From IMG/VR virus record IMGVR_UViG_3300045988_122031, positions 29,757 to 93,756 of that record: DNA of 64,000 nt; one strand, written 5' to 3'. The notes beneath the pieces are model-generated. The model did not search any database. It was not told the origin of the DNA and saw nothing but the letters and a program-made list of their open reading frames with translations. The position numbers were made by a program, and so were the translations under genes. Origin of the DNA: a virus. Shown here piece after piece: positions 37,303-46,608 of the stretch (its first letter is position 1; each line of letters opens with the position of its first letter).

Positions 37303-39372
37303 TTAAAATTTAATTTTAAGAACTCTTTCTGTTGCACCCTTGACTTTAACGATCACATCATCTCGTTTTGTAGAACTGAAGCCAATTCCTGATAACTGGT
37401 TTGGATCATCTGCGACATGCATTTTGCTTCCTAAAGCCTCAAATACTCTCTTGTGCTGTACTAATTCCTGCTTCAAAAACTCATTGAAGAATCCATTTGG
37501 AGTATCTTCATTTACACATCCGTTTAACATAAACAGATAATGTTTATGTCCAATACCTGTCTGCTCGTCCCAATAGTTAGGTGAATAACACATTACTGTT
37601 ACTGGCACAAACTGATTTGTATTGATTCCACAGATTTCTCTTGAAGATGTTGTTGATGGAAGTTTCTCTTTGATTGTGAATACTCCATCTTTTAATGTAA
37701 CTGTAGCCACTGGAACATCTTCGTTCTGACGTAAAGGCTTATCATATTCAAATTCATAAATCTGTCCATCAAATTCAATCTCTGCTGTAAATCCAGAAAC
37801 TCCATTTCTATGAGCAAAATTTCTTACGAAAAATTCATATTCTCCGTCAACCATTTTGGATTTATCTGCCCATGTAATATTTTCTACGGCAGGCTCTCCT
37901 CTATGTGGATGAGTTACATCAACATCAAGGCTTCCACCAGTTGCATAATCATGCATTGAAGCATAATAGATATGATGACGTGGAGTTCTGCAATGTGCAT
38001 CAAAATCATCCTGATTCCAATCTGTATTTGCATTCCACTGAATTGAGAATCTTAAAACTCCATCAACCGCACCGCCTGCGTTCTTAACTCTTTCTTTCAT
38101 TTCACTGTCTGTCATATTTCCTGAATATGCCCAGCTGAAAGGATTACTCCACTTCATCATGTTCTTGGCATCTTTGTTTACAGGTGCGATCAGTGAAACC
38201 ATGTTCTTCTTATGTCGATTTTCAAACAAGACTTCTAATTCTTTTGCGGTTGGAAGAACATCTGATACAAATTTCTCTGCACTGATCTCTTCTACTTTAG
38301 AGAATTTCTTAGGATTTACAGCGACTTCCTTACTCATCTCATCAAAAATATCTAAGCCGCCCTGGATACGTGGTGCTGCATCACGATTACAAAACAGAAT
38401 ATTGTTTACCGTAATATCGTCAAGTCTTGCAAATCTACGCTGCAATGAATCCATATATCCTAAATCGGTTACAGTTTTCTTTGCATCCTCAAGCATTTTC
38501 TTCGTAAAAATTGCCTTTGGTCGTTTGTAATTCGCAGGAGCTACAACATTTTCATAAGCTTTTACTGCATTATCTAAATCCATACCTTCGCTGATATTCA
38601 CAAGTAATGTACCGATACTATGGTTTCTAATACGACCAATTACATCTCCGATCGTCATGGCTTTTGTCCATGTGTATGTATCTTTTTCTTCATCTGACAA
38701 ACCGTTGTATTCTCGCTGATATTTTCTAAAATCTTTTAATACTCTTTCCCATTCCTGTCCTCTATAAAGAGTATTTGAAGCAATCAGTTCTAATACTGTA
38801 TCAACAGCTTCTTCTGTAATTTCATCAAGTGATCTTTTAAACACATTCTTTCGATCTCTCACTTTTGCTTTAATTGTAGGAATATCAGATTTCCTTTCCA
38901 ATAACCTCTCTGGAATCGGTGTATACATATGAGTCCATTTGATAATCTGCTTATCTTCTGTATACTCATTTGTGGTTTTTGTACCAACTGTATTTGTAAA
39001 ATGTCTCCAAATATCTTTGATCGGCTTTGATTCGACATATGTTCTTAAGGCATCAACTACTGGCTGAAATACTACATCATCTGTGTCGATCTCCCAGATT
39101 GTATGAATCTTGCCGTCAACAATTGCCACAGCTCCACCGATTGTTTTAATAAAGTTTCGGCAATGACCACAGTCATATTCTCGTCGTTTGCGATACATTT
39201 TGTTTGTTCCTTCAGGAAAACTACTCAGATATACTTCCCACAGCACATCTTTATCAATATCAGTTTCATACAATGTAGAATTGTTTTTCTCTACATAGTC
39301 GAGCATTTTATTTAAACGCTCTGACAATTTGTTTAAAAAATTGCTCCAGTTTTCATTCATTGGCGTACACAT
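37303..39372 (-). CDS. Large hypothetical protein (689 aa) adjacent to the NAD cluster
   Basis: Long ORF. No motif recognised with confidence; the C-terminal region is rich in H/D/W. Confidence 0.55.
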   Translation of the reverse strand: MCTPMNENWSNFLNKLSERLNKMLDYVEKNNSTLYETDIDKDVLWEVYLSSFPEGTNKMYRKRREYDCGHCRNFIKTIGGAVAIVDGKIHTIWEIDTDDVVFQPVVDALRTYVESKPIKDIWRHFTNTVGTKTTNEYTEDKQIIKWTHMYTPIPERLLERKSDIPTIKAKVRDRKNVFKRSLDEITEEAVDTVLELIASNTLYRGQEWERVLKDFRKYQREYNGLSDEEKDTYTWTKAMTIGDVIGRIRNHSIGTLLVNISEGMDLDNAVKAYENVVAPANYKRPKAIFTKKMLEDAKKTVTDLGYMDSLQRRFARLDDITVNNILFCNRDAAPRIQGGLDIFDEMSKEVAVNPKKFSKVEEISAEKFVSDVLPTAKELEVLFENRHKKNMVSLIAPVNKDAKNMMKWSNPFSWAYSGNMTDSEMKERVKNAGGAVDGVLRFSIQWNANTDWNQDDFDAHCRTPRHHIYYASMHDYATGGSLDVDVTHPHRGEPAVENITWADKSKMVDGEYEFFVRNFAHRNGVSGFTAEIEFDGQIYEFEYDKPLRQNEDVPVATVTLKDGVFTIKEKLPSTTSSREICGINTNQFVPVTVMCYSPNYWDEQTGIGHKHYLFMLNGCVNEDTPNGFFNEFLKQELVQHKRVFEALGSKMHVADDPNQLSGIGFSSTKRDDVIVKVKGATERVLKIKF

Positions 39373-39393
39373 AATTTATCTCCTTTTCATGTA

Positions 39394-40707
39394 TTATTTA
39401 ATTGCTACGAAGATTTCATAACTCTTATTGTCATTGATATAAATTTCTTTGCCCTTGAGTTCTGGGAAATACTTCTTAGCAAGTTTCTTAAATTCCTTAA
39501 TCTTTTGACCATTCTCGTCCTCATATGATTCTTTAAGTGGATCAAACATTAATTCTTCTTTCTTTACGACAAAGAATTTTGCATGAGGCAAACCTTTTCT
39601 TTCTTCTTCTCTCTGCTTGTCATTCTCAAGAATTTTTTCTAATTTGCATAAATTTTCTGTTACTTCAATACAGCTGCTTGGATATTTCACATATTTGTTT
39701 GTCCAGAAGTCAACTGCATCATGAGCACCTGCGTTGCCGCAAAGGTATTTTAATACACAGGTTTTGAAGCCATTTTCTCTGTCATACACATCATTTCCTT
39801 CTACATACGCAACAGTTTCCGATCCAGAAGTCCATAAGATTTTAACCATTCCATGATAATGTTTTACTTTAAACACTGGTTCGCCATCTTTTTCAATCTG
39901 TTTACCGTTATTGTCTAACATTGGTTCTTTTACTGTAATTTCTTTATCAACATAAATCGGTTTCTTAATCATTTCTTTTAAATTCTTCGTATACATTTCT
40001 TTCTCCTCTTCGTTTTCTGTAAGTTCACTCATGATTTCATCCAATTTTTCTGACGAAAACGTTAAAGTCGCACTCGTTTCACCATTCCAATCATCAAGTG
40101 TTGGTGCGTCTGCTCGTAATCCACGTTCAGTTTCGGATCCTCCATAACATTCTTTCCACCAATTCTTTTCTGCTTCTGACGTTGCAGTAATTGGTTTTTG
40201 CTGATAGTGTGGCAGAGCAGACACTCTTCTTTCTGAAAGTGGTGGTGGGGCTAATGTTCCAATTTTTATTTCGTCAGCTAAAATCGTACCTGTATGAATC
40301 TCAAGATCCTCGTTCATTGTTTCTTGTCTTGTGATTCTAATAGCAGCTTCTGTCGAATTTATACTTTGTAATCTATATCGCAGTTTTTCGTGCCAATATG
40401 GCACAATAATATTTACTACATCATTTTTATAAACATCCATTACAATTGACTCCGCATCATCAAACACCTTATATTGATAAGGATGTAATGTTTTAGTAAT
40501 TATACCTTGAGGTTTTATCGTGTAGGTAGCTATTATCGCTGAACCAAACTTTAATTCAACTGTCTCAATTTTAAACTTTACATACACATCATCGTTATCT
40601 ACTTCGACAATCTCTCCTACATTAAATGATGAAATCTGATTATGATTATATTTAACTTCTTTACCATTCATACAGCGTATCCAAACGCCCGTTTTATTTT
40701 CTTCCAT
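39394..40707 (-). CDS. Hypothetical protein
   Basis: 437-aa ORF. Confidence 0.5.
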   Translation of the reverse strand: MEENKTGVWIRCMNGKEVKYNHNQISSFNVGEIVEVDNDDVYVKFKIETVELKFGSAIIATYTIKPQGIITKTLHPYQYKVFDDAESIVMDVYKNDVVNIIVPYWHEKLRYRLQSINSTEAAIRITRQETMNEDLEIHTGTILADEIKIGTLAPPPLSERRVSALPHYQQKPITATSEAEKNWWKECYGGSETERGLRADAPTLDDWNGETSATLTFSSEKLDEIMSELTENEEEKEMYTKNLKEMIKKPIYVDKEITVKEPMLDNNGKQIEKDGEPVFKVKHYHGMVKILWTSGSETVAYVEGNDVYDRENGFKTCVLKYLCGNAGAHDAVDFWTNKYVKYPSSCIEVTENLCKLEKILENDKQREEERKGLPHAKFFVVKKEELMFDPLKESYEDENGQKIKEFKKLAKKYFPELKGKEIYINDNKSYEIFVAIK

Positions 40708-40721
40708 ACGATTCTCCTTTT

Positions 40722-41177
40722 TTAATTTCTTAATTCACAAGGTACTTTTACATTAAATGTATCTTCACGCTTGTATTTTCCTATCAAAATGGTAATAATG
40801 ACATCTGAATCTAACGTATCGACAAACGAATATATTCCATTTCGTTTTCTTTCAATACCAAACGAATCATATATACGCAATATCCACCTTTCTTTATCAA
40901 GCAAAGCTGAAACACTAAACATATAAATATTATCCAAATGTTTTTCATCGCAGATTGTATAATGAACTCTTGGCATTAACTCTCTTGTGTGTAATCGTAG
41001 ATCACCTACATCTTCATTAATCACTACATATGTTTTTTCTTTTCCATTTTGCTTATTTAATACTTTAATGCAGTCTCCTGAGTGTGGACTATATTCTATT
41101 TCATCTGGTTTAAAATATCTTTGTCCTAATTCCCCAAACTTTTGTATGTAAATACCCATATTTCTCCTTTCTAACAT
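40722..41177 (-). CDS. Hypothetical protein
   Basis: 151-aa ORF. Confidence 0.5.
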   Translation of the reverse strand: MLERRNMGIYIQKFGELGQRYFKPDEIEYSPHSGDCIKVLNKQNGKEKTYVVINEDVGDLRLHTRELMPRVHYTICDEKHLDNIYMFSVSALLDKERWILRIYDSFGIERKRNGIYSFVDTLDSDVIITILIGKYKREDTFNVKVPCELRN

Positions 41178-41242
41178 AATATTTACATTTTAATTTTGCA
41201 CAAATGCCTGTGCGAGTCATCATATATAATAAGGAAGAAACT

Positions 41243-41893
41243 CTACCCAATTATATTCTGGATCAGCTCATAATACTTTGTCCTGCCGACATACGACTTA
41301 TGTTCTGCATCTTTTAATTCTTTCTTCAAAGTACATATATCTTTCTGATTATCCATACAATTCTGCATCACTTCTATGTATCGAATACAATTCTTGATTT
41401 TTCTGTGTAATTCTTGTAAGGTTTTAAGATACCCAACAATCACTGCACGTTTCGCAGCATCAATCTTTTTAAACTCAATCGCATGAAGAATATCACTTCT
41501 GGCAGAATCGGCATATGATAATGCCTGCTCTAATTCAAACTTCTTTTCTCCTAATTGATCTGAGTCATATGCTAGAAGTCCTACTATAGCTCTTTCCTCA
41601 GTCTCTATATTGTCGATCAATGTATTATCACATTCCCAATCCATAAAGCAATTTCCATTACCCTTACGCATTATTTCACTAGATTCCATAGGTTTTCCAA
41701 CTTTACCTAGCTCAATTTCTCTGGCATGAAATCCGTCTTTCATCCACGTATATTTATGCTTCAAACCTAAAATGTGCTTTGCTTGTTTGGAGGTAAATTG
41801 AGTAGCTTCAGACTTACGGTTATCACGAACGTATCTATTTCTTGCATGATCTCTTTTCACATAGAACTCTTCATTCGTAATTATGTATTTCAT
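41243..41893 (-). CDS. Hypothetical protein
   Basis: 216-aa ORF. Confidence 0.5.
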   Translation of the reverse strand: MKYIITNEEFYVKRDHARNRYVRDNRKSEATQFTSKQAKHILGLKHKYTWMKDGFHAREIELGKVGKPMESSEIMRKGNGNCFMDWECDNTLIDNIETEERAIVGLLAYDSDQLGEKKFELEQALSYADSARSDILHAIEFKKIDAAKRAVIVGYLKTLQELHRKIKNCIRYIEVMQNCMDNQKDICTLKKELKDAEHKSYVGRTKYYELIQNIIG

Positions 41894-41939
41894 ACATCAC
41901 TCCTGTATTTAATTGTAGTTTTTTGGAAAAATTTTCATG

Positions 41940-42151
41940 TTGACGAACATGTTTAGAATTGTTATAATGATTTTAAGGATATTATTATCCTTTCAGATTA
42001 AACAATTCTAAATATCAAATTCGATTTTCTATCGTGCTGCCAACACGGTAGATTCAAAAAATCTTTTTTTGTTATCTATGATTTGTTTAGTTGAAATTTT
42101 TAGTTTGTGTGAAAGTAGAAGTTTTACCAAAGACTTCTGCTTTCTTTTTTA
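41940..42151 (+). ncRNA. Candidate plus-strand small RNA, from a consensus promoter to a strong intrinsic terminator (about 175 nt)
   Basis: TTGACG (41940-45), 17-bp spacer, extended -10 TGtTATAAT (41960-68). 5' hairpin AAGGATAttatTATCCTT. Terminator GAAAGTAGAAGT-(10 nt)-ACTTCTGCTTTC + TTTTTTATT (42111-42151). No RBS-preceded ORF in the transcript. Confidence 0.5.
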
Positions 42152-42452
42152 TTGTCTGTATTTTTATTCCAACATTGTATCTCTCTTTGTATGTAAATTG
42201 CAGGCATTTGATTATGTCAAATATGTCGTCCTGCCTAATATGAGAGAACAAATTCTCATCTTGAATAAATTCGATCCAATGATATGAAAGATCTTTATCT
42301 TTGCCATAGATCTTCATCTTTCTATCATCTGCTCGAATCTTATATTCACTCAGAAACCACGATGACATTTCTGATGAGTGTAAATCAAGTACATCAATAT
42401 GCATTTGATTTGATTGATTCGCTGCTAACATTTCTAATATTTGATTGTCCAT
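42087..42452 (-). CDS. Hypothetical protein (the 3' end is antisense to the candidate sRNA)
   Basis: 121-aa ORF. Confidence 0.5.
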   Translation of the reverse strand: MDNQILEMLAANQSNQMHIDVLDLHSSEMSSWFLSEYKIRADDRKMKIYGKDKDLSYHWIEFIQDENLFSHIRQDDIFDIIKCLQFTYKERYNVGIKIQTIKKKAEVFGKTSTFTQTKNFN

Positions 42453-42466
42453 ACATATACCTTCCT

Positions 42467-43495
42467 TTATTCTGCCATGATTTGATGTACACGATAATTC
42501 TTATAGTCCTCATCTTTATATAGGTAACCAATACTTTTACCGATTACCGTTTGACGATCACTAAATTGTTTCTTCTTTATTCTATATGATATATAATAAT
42601 TATAATAAAAATCAATTGCAATATCACTAAATTGACGTGCGATTACAGATCGTGCAATTCCTTCTTTTGATTTAATATAATATAAATCTGCAATTGCCTT
42701 GATATCCATTTTAGATTTTAAATATTGTATAAAACCAGAATTAATAACATCAATGGTTGTCAATTTTTCATAAGATAAAGTATTGCCTGTTAATTCTAAT
42801 TGAGACTGCACATTATTATATATCCTCTTTTGCTCTGCTTTATATTCTTCTATATTATTACATTTTTTTCGTGGTATTAATACAAAATCATCATATATAT
42901 TCGTATCTCCCATTTTCAATTTATATTCATTCAATGTCTCGATAAAATCTTTGGAGACTGGTTTCCCAAAAATTGTTAAATCATTTTGATTAATATCCGA
43001 GAATTTTAGATTTCTTAACTCCTTTCCATTTATCCCATTATATAAACTCACAATGTGAAATCTAGTATTCAATTTGGTATCGGCTGATGCATTGCACGAC
43101 ATCAGATTCGAAATAAACGCATTTATTTTATCTGGCGTAACATAATTAACATTAACTCTATTTGAAAAATATATATCAACTGCTAATTGCAAGTTTATAA
43201 ATTTATCATTAACAAATGGATTATATTTAATGTAATTTTGTTCATATGCATAAGTATACAATTTCACAAGCTGGTCATATCTTTTTTTAATAGAATTCAT
43301 ACTTTTGGTTTTTTTACCTCTAGTATCTGATAATATAGCCTTTTGGATTGTGCCTGGTGCATACGTTAACCCAGATTCATTGTCGTCCGCAATATCAGAA
43401 TCTAATAACCAATTCCATGTTGGGCGACGTGATTCTGATACGTGAGAATCTATATAATTTTGTATCAATTCTTTATTATTCATAACATTCTCCAT
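42467..43495 (-). CDS. Hypothetical 342-aa protein, downstream partner of the MazF-like gene in the AT-rich island
   Basis: Very AT-rich codon usage (N/K/Y/I-rich). No motif recognised with confidence. Confidence 0.55.
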   Translation of the reverse strand: MENVMNNKELIQNYIDSHVSESRRPTWNWLLDSDIADDNESGLTYAPGTIQKAILSDTRGKKTKSMNSIKKRYDQLVKLYTYAYEQNYIKYNPFVNDKFINLQLAVDIYFSNRVNVNYVTPDKINAFISNLMSCNASADTKLNTRFHIVSLYNGINGKELRNLKFSDINQNDLTIFGKPVSKDFIETLNEYKLKMGDTNIYDDFVLIPRKKCNNIEEYKAEQKRIYNNVQSQLELTGNTLSYEKLTTIDVINSGFIQYLKSKMDIKAIADLYYIKSKEGIARSVIARQFSDIAIDFYYNYYISYRIKKKQFSDRQTVIGKSIGYLYKDEDYKNYRVHQIMAE

Positions 43496-43497
43496 TT

Positions 43498-43947
43498 CTA
43501 GGATGCCATTGCATTCATGTACGATAACATGCCGTTTTGTATTAAAATGCCATGCCCTATTTTTAACATTAAAGATAGATCAGATATTCTTCCCCAATAC
43601 TCTAAAAGATTATTCTTTGGAATTGTTCTTCCTTGCTCTAAATACACCTGTGATACCATTTTTAATCCATTACTGGTATTTGGATAAATGGTCACATGTG
43701 TCGGTATCCAGTTCCTTAATTTTTTTGTAATTGGATACACGTTAATCTCAGTGCTTGTATTATTACAAATATTATTAGAATATACGATGACTGGTCTTTT
43801 CCCATGCAAGATGTGACTACCTTCAATTTTCGGCAAATCTGCAAAATATATTCCCCAAACTTGAGGATTTTGATATTTGCCATATACATATTCTTTTCTT
43901 TTTCTGTTATCGTTTCCTTTTCTTTCTTTGTTAGTATATCCGTTCAT
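43498..43947 (-). CDS. MazF/PemK/EndoA-family endoribonuclease toxin-like protein with a basic N-terminal extension
   Basis: GIYFADLPKIEGSHILHGKRPVIVYSNNICNNTSTEINVYPITKKLRNWIPTHVTIYPN...SQVYLEQGRTIPKNNL aligns motif-for-motif with EndoA/MazF (YFADL...GSEQ.G.RPV.V...PTHV...LEQIRTID). Start taken at MNGY (GAGGGA RBS); the track start is 43977. Confidence 0.7.
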   Translation of the reverse strand: MNGYTNKERKGNDNRKRKEYVYGKYQNPQVWGIYFADLPKIEGSHILHGKRPVIVYSNNICNNTSTEINVYPITKKLRNWIPTHVTIYPNTSNGLKMVSQVYLEQGRTIPKNNLLEYWGRISDLSLMLKIGHGILIQNGMLSYMNAMAS

Positions 43948-43996
43948 TTTACGTCCCTCAACTTTCCCCAGTTGCATTTTTTATTTTCATGAATTA

Positions 43997-44034
43997 AATA
44001 TACCATACTTTTTGCACCCTGTCAATAGGTGCAA
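43997..44034 (-). promoter_or_regulatory. Copy 2 of the palindromic promoter element (TTGACA-17-TATATT inside TTGCACC-N10-GGTGCAA)
   Basis: Minus strand reads tTGCACCTATTGACAGGGTGCAAaaagtatggTATATT, immediately upstream of the MazF-like gene. It is about 45 bp conserved with 1770-1810. Confidence 0.55.
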
Positions 44035-44106
44035 GAAAGAAAGTTAATTTTTATTGTGAACAAAGAATCTCTACATTTCTTATTATAATGCTACCATAGA
44101 ACAAAA

Positions 44107-44427
44107 TCAAGATATTTTTCGAACAGATGTTCTCTTTTTGTTCGAACACTTTACTTTGTGCTTACTTGGAAGGGGGAAATACTGTCTAACTTTATGAGGC
44201 TTATCCAGTTTCCATTTCTTTTCTTCAAAATCATAGTCACAAAAATCAAGCACTTCGTCCACACATCCATCATTATATTTGTAATCCACAATAACGGGAT
44301 ATGTTTTATATCTCATATAACGTGATGCATTATCTGGTTTTAGTGGCGGAATCTCGGCTGAAATCCACATAAGATTCTGGTTTGCTTTCTTTTCTTCCTT
44401 ATTTTGTCTAATCGTATTTATCTTCAT
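44107..44427 (-). CDS. Hypothetical protein
   Basis: 106-aa ORF. Confidence 0.5.
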   Translation of the reverse strand: MKINTIRQNKEEKKANQNLMWISAEIPPLKPDNASRYMRYKTYPVIVDYKYNDGCVDEVLDFCDYDFEEKKWKLDKPHKVRQYFPLPSKHKVKCSNKKRTSVRKIS

Positions 44428-44438
44428 ACAAAATTCTC

Positions 44439-45185
44439 CTATAAAATCCTAATAATTTGTTCGTAAATTGCAATCGCATTATCTCCTGGAAAGTTCTGGT
44501 TCACATGCATATGCCCAAAGAACCATTTTTGATAAATCACTTTGTCTTTTATTTGCTGTAAATAATCCGTTAACTTGTCAGATTTGTACACTCCTGATCC
44601 TTGATCCATTTGTCTTAAAACAGATGTGTATGGACTATGTGTAATAACGTAATCTACTTGGAAGTCATTTTTCTCTAAATTCATCACACCTTCTGCCATC
44701 TCTTTATCAGATGGCAATTCTTCTTTCCACCAGCTCACATGATTAATCCTAAACATTTTGTCATAATCTCTGTACCATTCATTAATTCTTGGATCGTCTG
44801 GCTCTAAAATTCCATCTTGCACATCATGGGAACTGGCACCGCCAAATGTAAAGAATTTCTTTCCTTGAATTTCAAACACCTGTCCACGCATAAGATGAAA
44901 TACAGAGTCTTTGATCTTGTGAATCTTTCCGCCACACCATTTCTCTACAGGATATTGATATAAGCGGTCGTAATTTTCATGATTCCCACATACAAACAAT
45001 GTAGTAAATGGCTTGTTATCTAACCATTCCAGATTATATCGTTCTTCTTTTGTGTCATGCCACAGTCCAAAATCTCCGCAGATAATCACATAATCATCTT
45101 TGGTTAACTCAACTCCCTCTGGGAAAGAACGACTGTTTAATCGAGTCATCCAATCCCCATGTGTATCTCCTGTTACAAATATCAT
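44439..45185 (-). CDS. Calcineurin-like metallophosphoesterase (lambda-PPase-type Ser/Thr phosphatase)
   Basis: GDTHGD, GDFGLW, GNHE and GHMH motifs in the canonical order. Confidence 0.75.
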   Translation of the reverse strand: MIFVTGDTHGDWMTRLNSRSFPEGVELTKDDYVIICGDFGLWHDTKEERYNLEWLDNKPFTTLFVCGNHENYDRLYQYPVEKWCGGKIHKIKDSVFHLMRGQVFEIQGKKFFTFGGASSHDVQDGILEPDDPRINEWYRDYDKMFRINHVSWWKEELPSDKEMAEGVMNLEKNDFQVDYVITHSPYTSVLRQMDQGSGVYKSDKLTDYLQQIKDKVIYQKWFFGHMHVNQNFPGDNAIAIYEQIIRIL

Positions 45186-46132
45186 ACAATTACTCCTTCC
45201 AATAACTCTTCTAATGCCTGCATATTATCTTCATGTACTCTATCATCTTGATCTGCATCATCTTTGCCAGTCTTATAAGCAAACTTGATAATCTCCATAA
45301 CTCTATCATAACTCACATTAACAACATTTTCCTTCAATCCGTTAAAAGCCCCACTGATAATTTCCTTGTATGTCTGCGCAATATCATCAAACAATACATG
45401 AGTTTCTTCCTCTGTGATTGTTGCATACAGAAATGTCATTGCAGGGCTACTATGATTCAATAATCTCATAAGTGTATACAATACGTTCTGATCATCTTTA
45501 TGATCGACAAGTGTCCAATACACAAAGTTCTTTCGTAATGTATGCGTACCAATATTGTCCTCAATTCCAACTGCTTTAGCACCTTTTTTAACAAAATCCA
45601 AAGCATTTGCTTCAGTCATGTGTCCTGATCCAGACTTACATGTTCCAAAAACATAATCATCCATTGGCACTTCGCCATCAATCTTGACATCATATTTAGT
45701 TCCTGCAACAGCTTCAAAGAAAATATCCACTGCTTCAGTTACCAAATCGTTAAAGTATACAGTTCTGAATTTCTTTGTTTTCTTTTCCTGCTTACGAGTC
45801 TTATCGTTTAATAAATCGCCCCATTTGAGTCTGACGATATCAGAGATACGATATGCTGTATTGTTTCCAACTGCAACCAAAAGATTGTTTCTGGCAGCTA
45901 CATATCGTTTGTACTCTGTGTACGATTTATCAATCTGGTCTCTAAAATATGCATTAAAGGCTGCAAATTTTTCTTTGTTCTTAATTGGATACACTAAAGA
46001 TGATACGCCTTTTTGTTTATTAGATCGAGTCCATTTAGGATTTCCGTCCTTACGTCTTTTGATCTTTGCTTCAGGTTCTTCTGCGTTATTATTGTTTGCT
46101 GTTTTAATAACTTCAAACTGTGTTGCTGCCAT
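45182..46132 (-). CDS. Tyrosine recombinase/integrase family protein
   Basis: YRISDIVRLKWGD (Arg I), GTHTLRKNF (H-x-L-R box) and LLNHSSPAMTFLYATI (His plus catalytic Tyr). Confidence 0.65.
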   Translation of the reverse strand: MAATQFEVIKTANNNNAEEPEAKIKRRKDGNPKWTRSNKQKGVSSLVYPIKNKEKFAAFNAYFRDQIDKSYTEYKRYVAARNNLLVAVGNNTAYRISDIVRLKWGDLLNDKTRKQEKKTKKFRTVYFNDLVTEAVDIFFEAVAGTKYDVKIDGEVPMDDYVFGTCKSGSGHMTEANALDFVKKGAKAVGIEDNIGTHTLRKNFVYWTLVDHKDDQNVLYTLMRLLNHSSPAMTFLYATITEEETHVLFDDIAQTYKEIISGAFNGLKENVVNVSYDRVMEIIKFAYKTGKDDADQDDRVHEDNMQALEELLEGVIV

Positions 46133-46158
46133 GATAATCTCTCCTCTCTTAATTATTC

Positions 46159-46491
46159 TTACACTCTCTTAATTACTTTTTCTATTTCCTGTGCCAACAG
46201 AAAATCATTTATTGCATTTTCATCGTCAGTAATCAATGTATATTTCCATACTGGGGAACCATGATATGATATATCTTCAACCTTAAATAATGCTCTTTTA
46301 CCAGTGTTATTTTCTCTATGATCTGACTCCAATAACTCTGTATGAATTCCCCAACTATCATATAGATGTCCATCGTATAGTATTTGAGCCGCAGCTATTA
46401 ATATATTATATTTACTCACATCAACCTCTGTATTCACTGTTCCGTATAATTTCATTGTTCCAATCTCCTCTCTAATTATTGCACTGTTCAC
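46159..46491 (-). CDS. Hypothetical protein
   Basis: 110-aa ORF. Confidence 0.5.
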   Translation of the reverse strand: MNSAIIREEIGTMKLYGTVNTEVDVSKYNILIAAAQILYDGHLYDSWGIHTELLESDHRENNTGKRALFKVEDISYHGSPVWKYTLITDDENAINDFLLAQEIEKVIKRV

Positions 46492-46608
46492 GTACTTCTG
46501 GTCTAATTTCTACTTCGATTAATTCCATAATTCTTACTCCTATTCTCTAAATTTAGGCAAAATAAAAAGAAGCCATAAGCTTCTCAATCTCATTCTGTTA
46601 TTCAATTT

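Noticed and set aside
42069-42287. 72-aa plus-strand ORF downstream of the strong plus-strand promoter
   Set aside because: No RBS. It reads straight through the intrinsic terminator hairpin at 42111-42151. The locus is better explained as a non-coding RNA.
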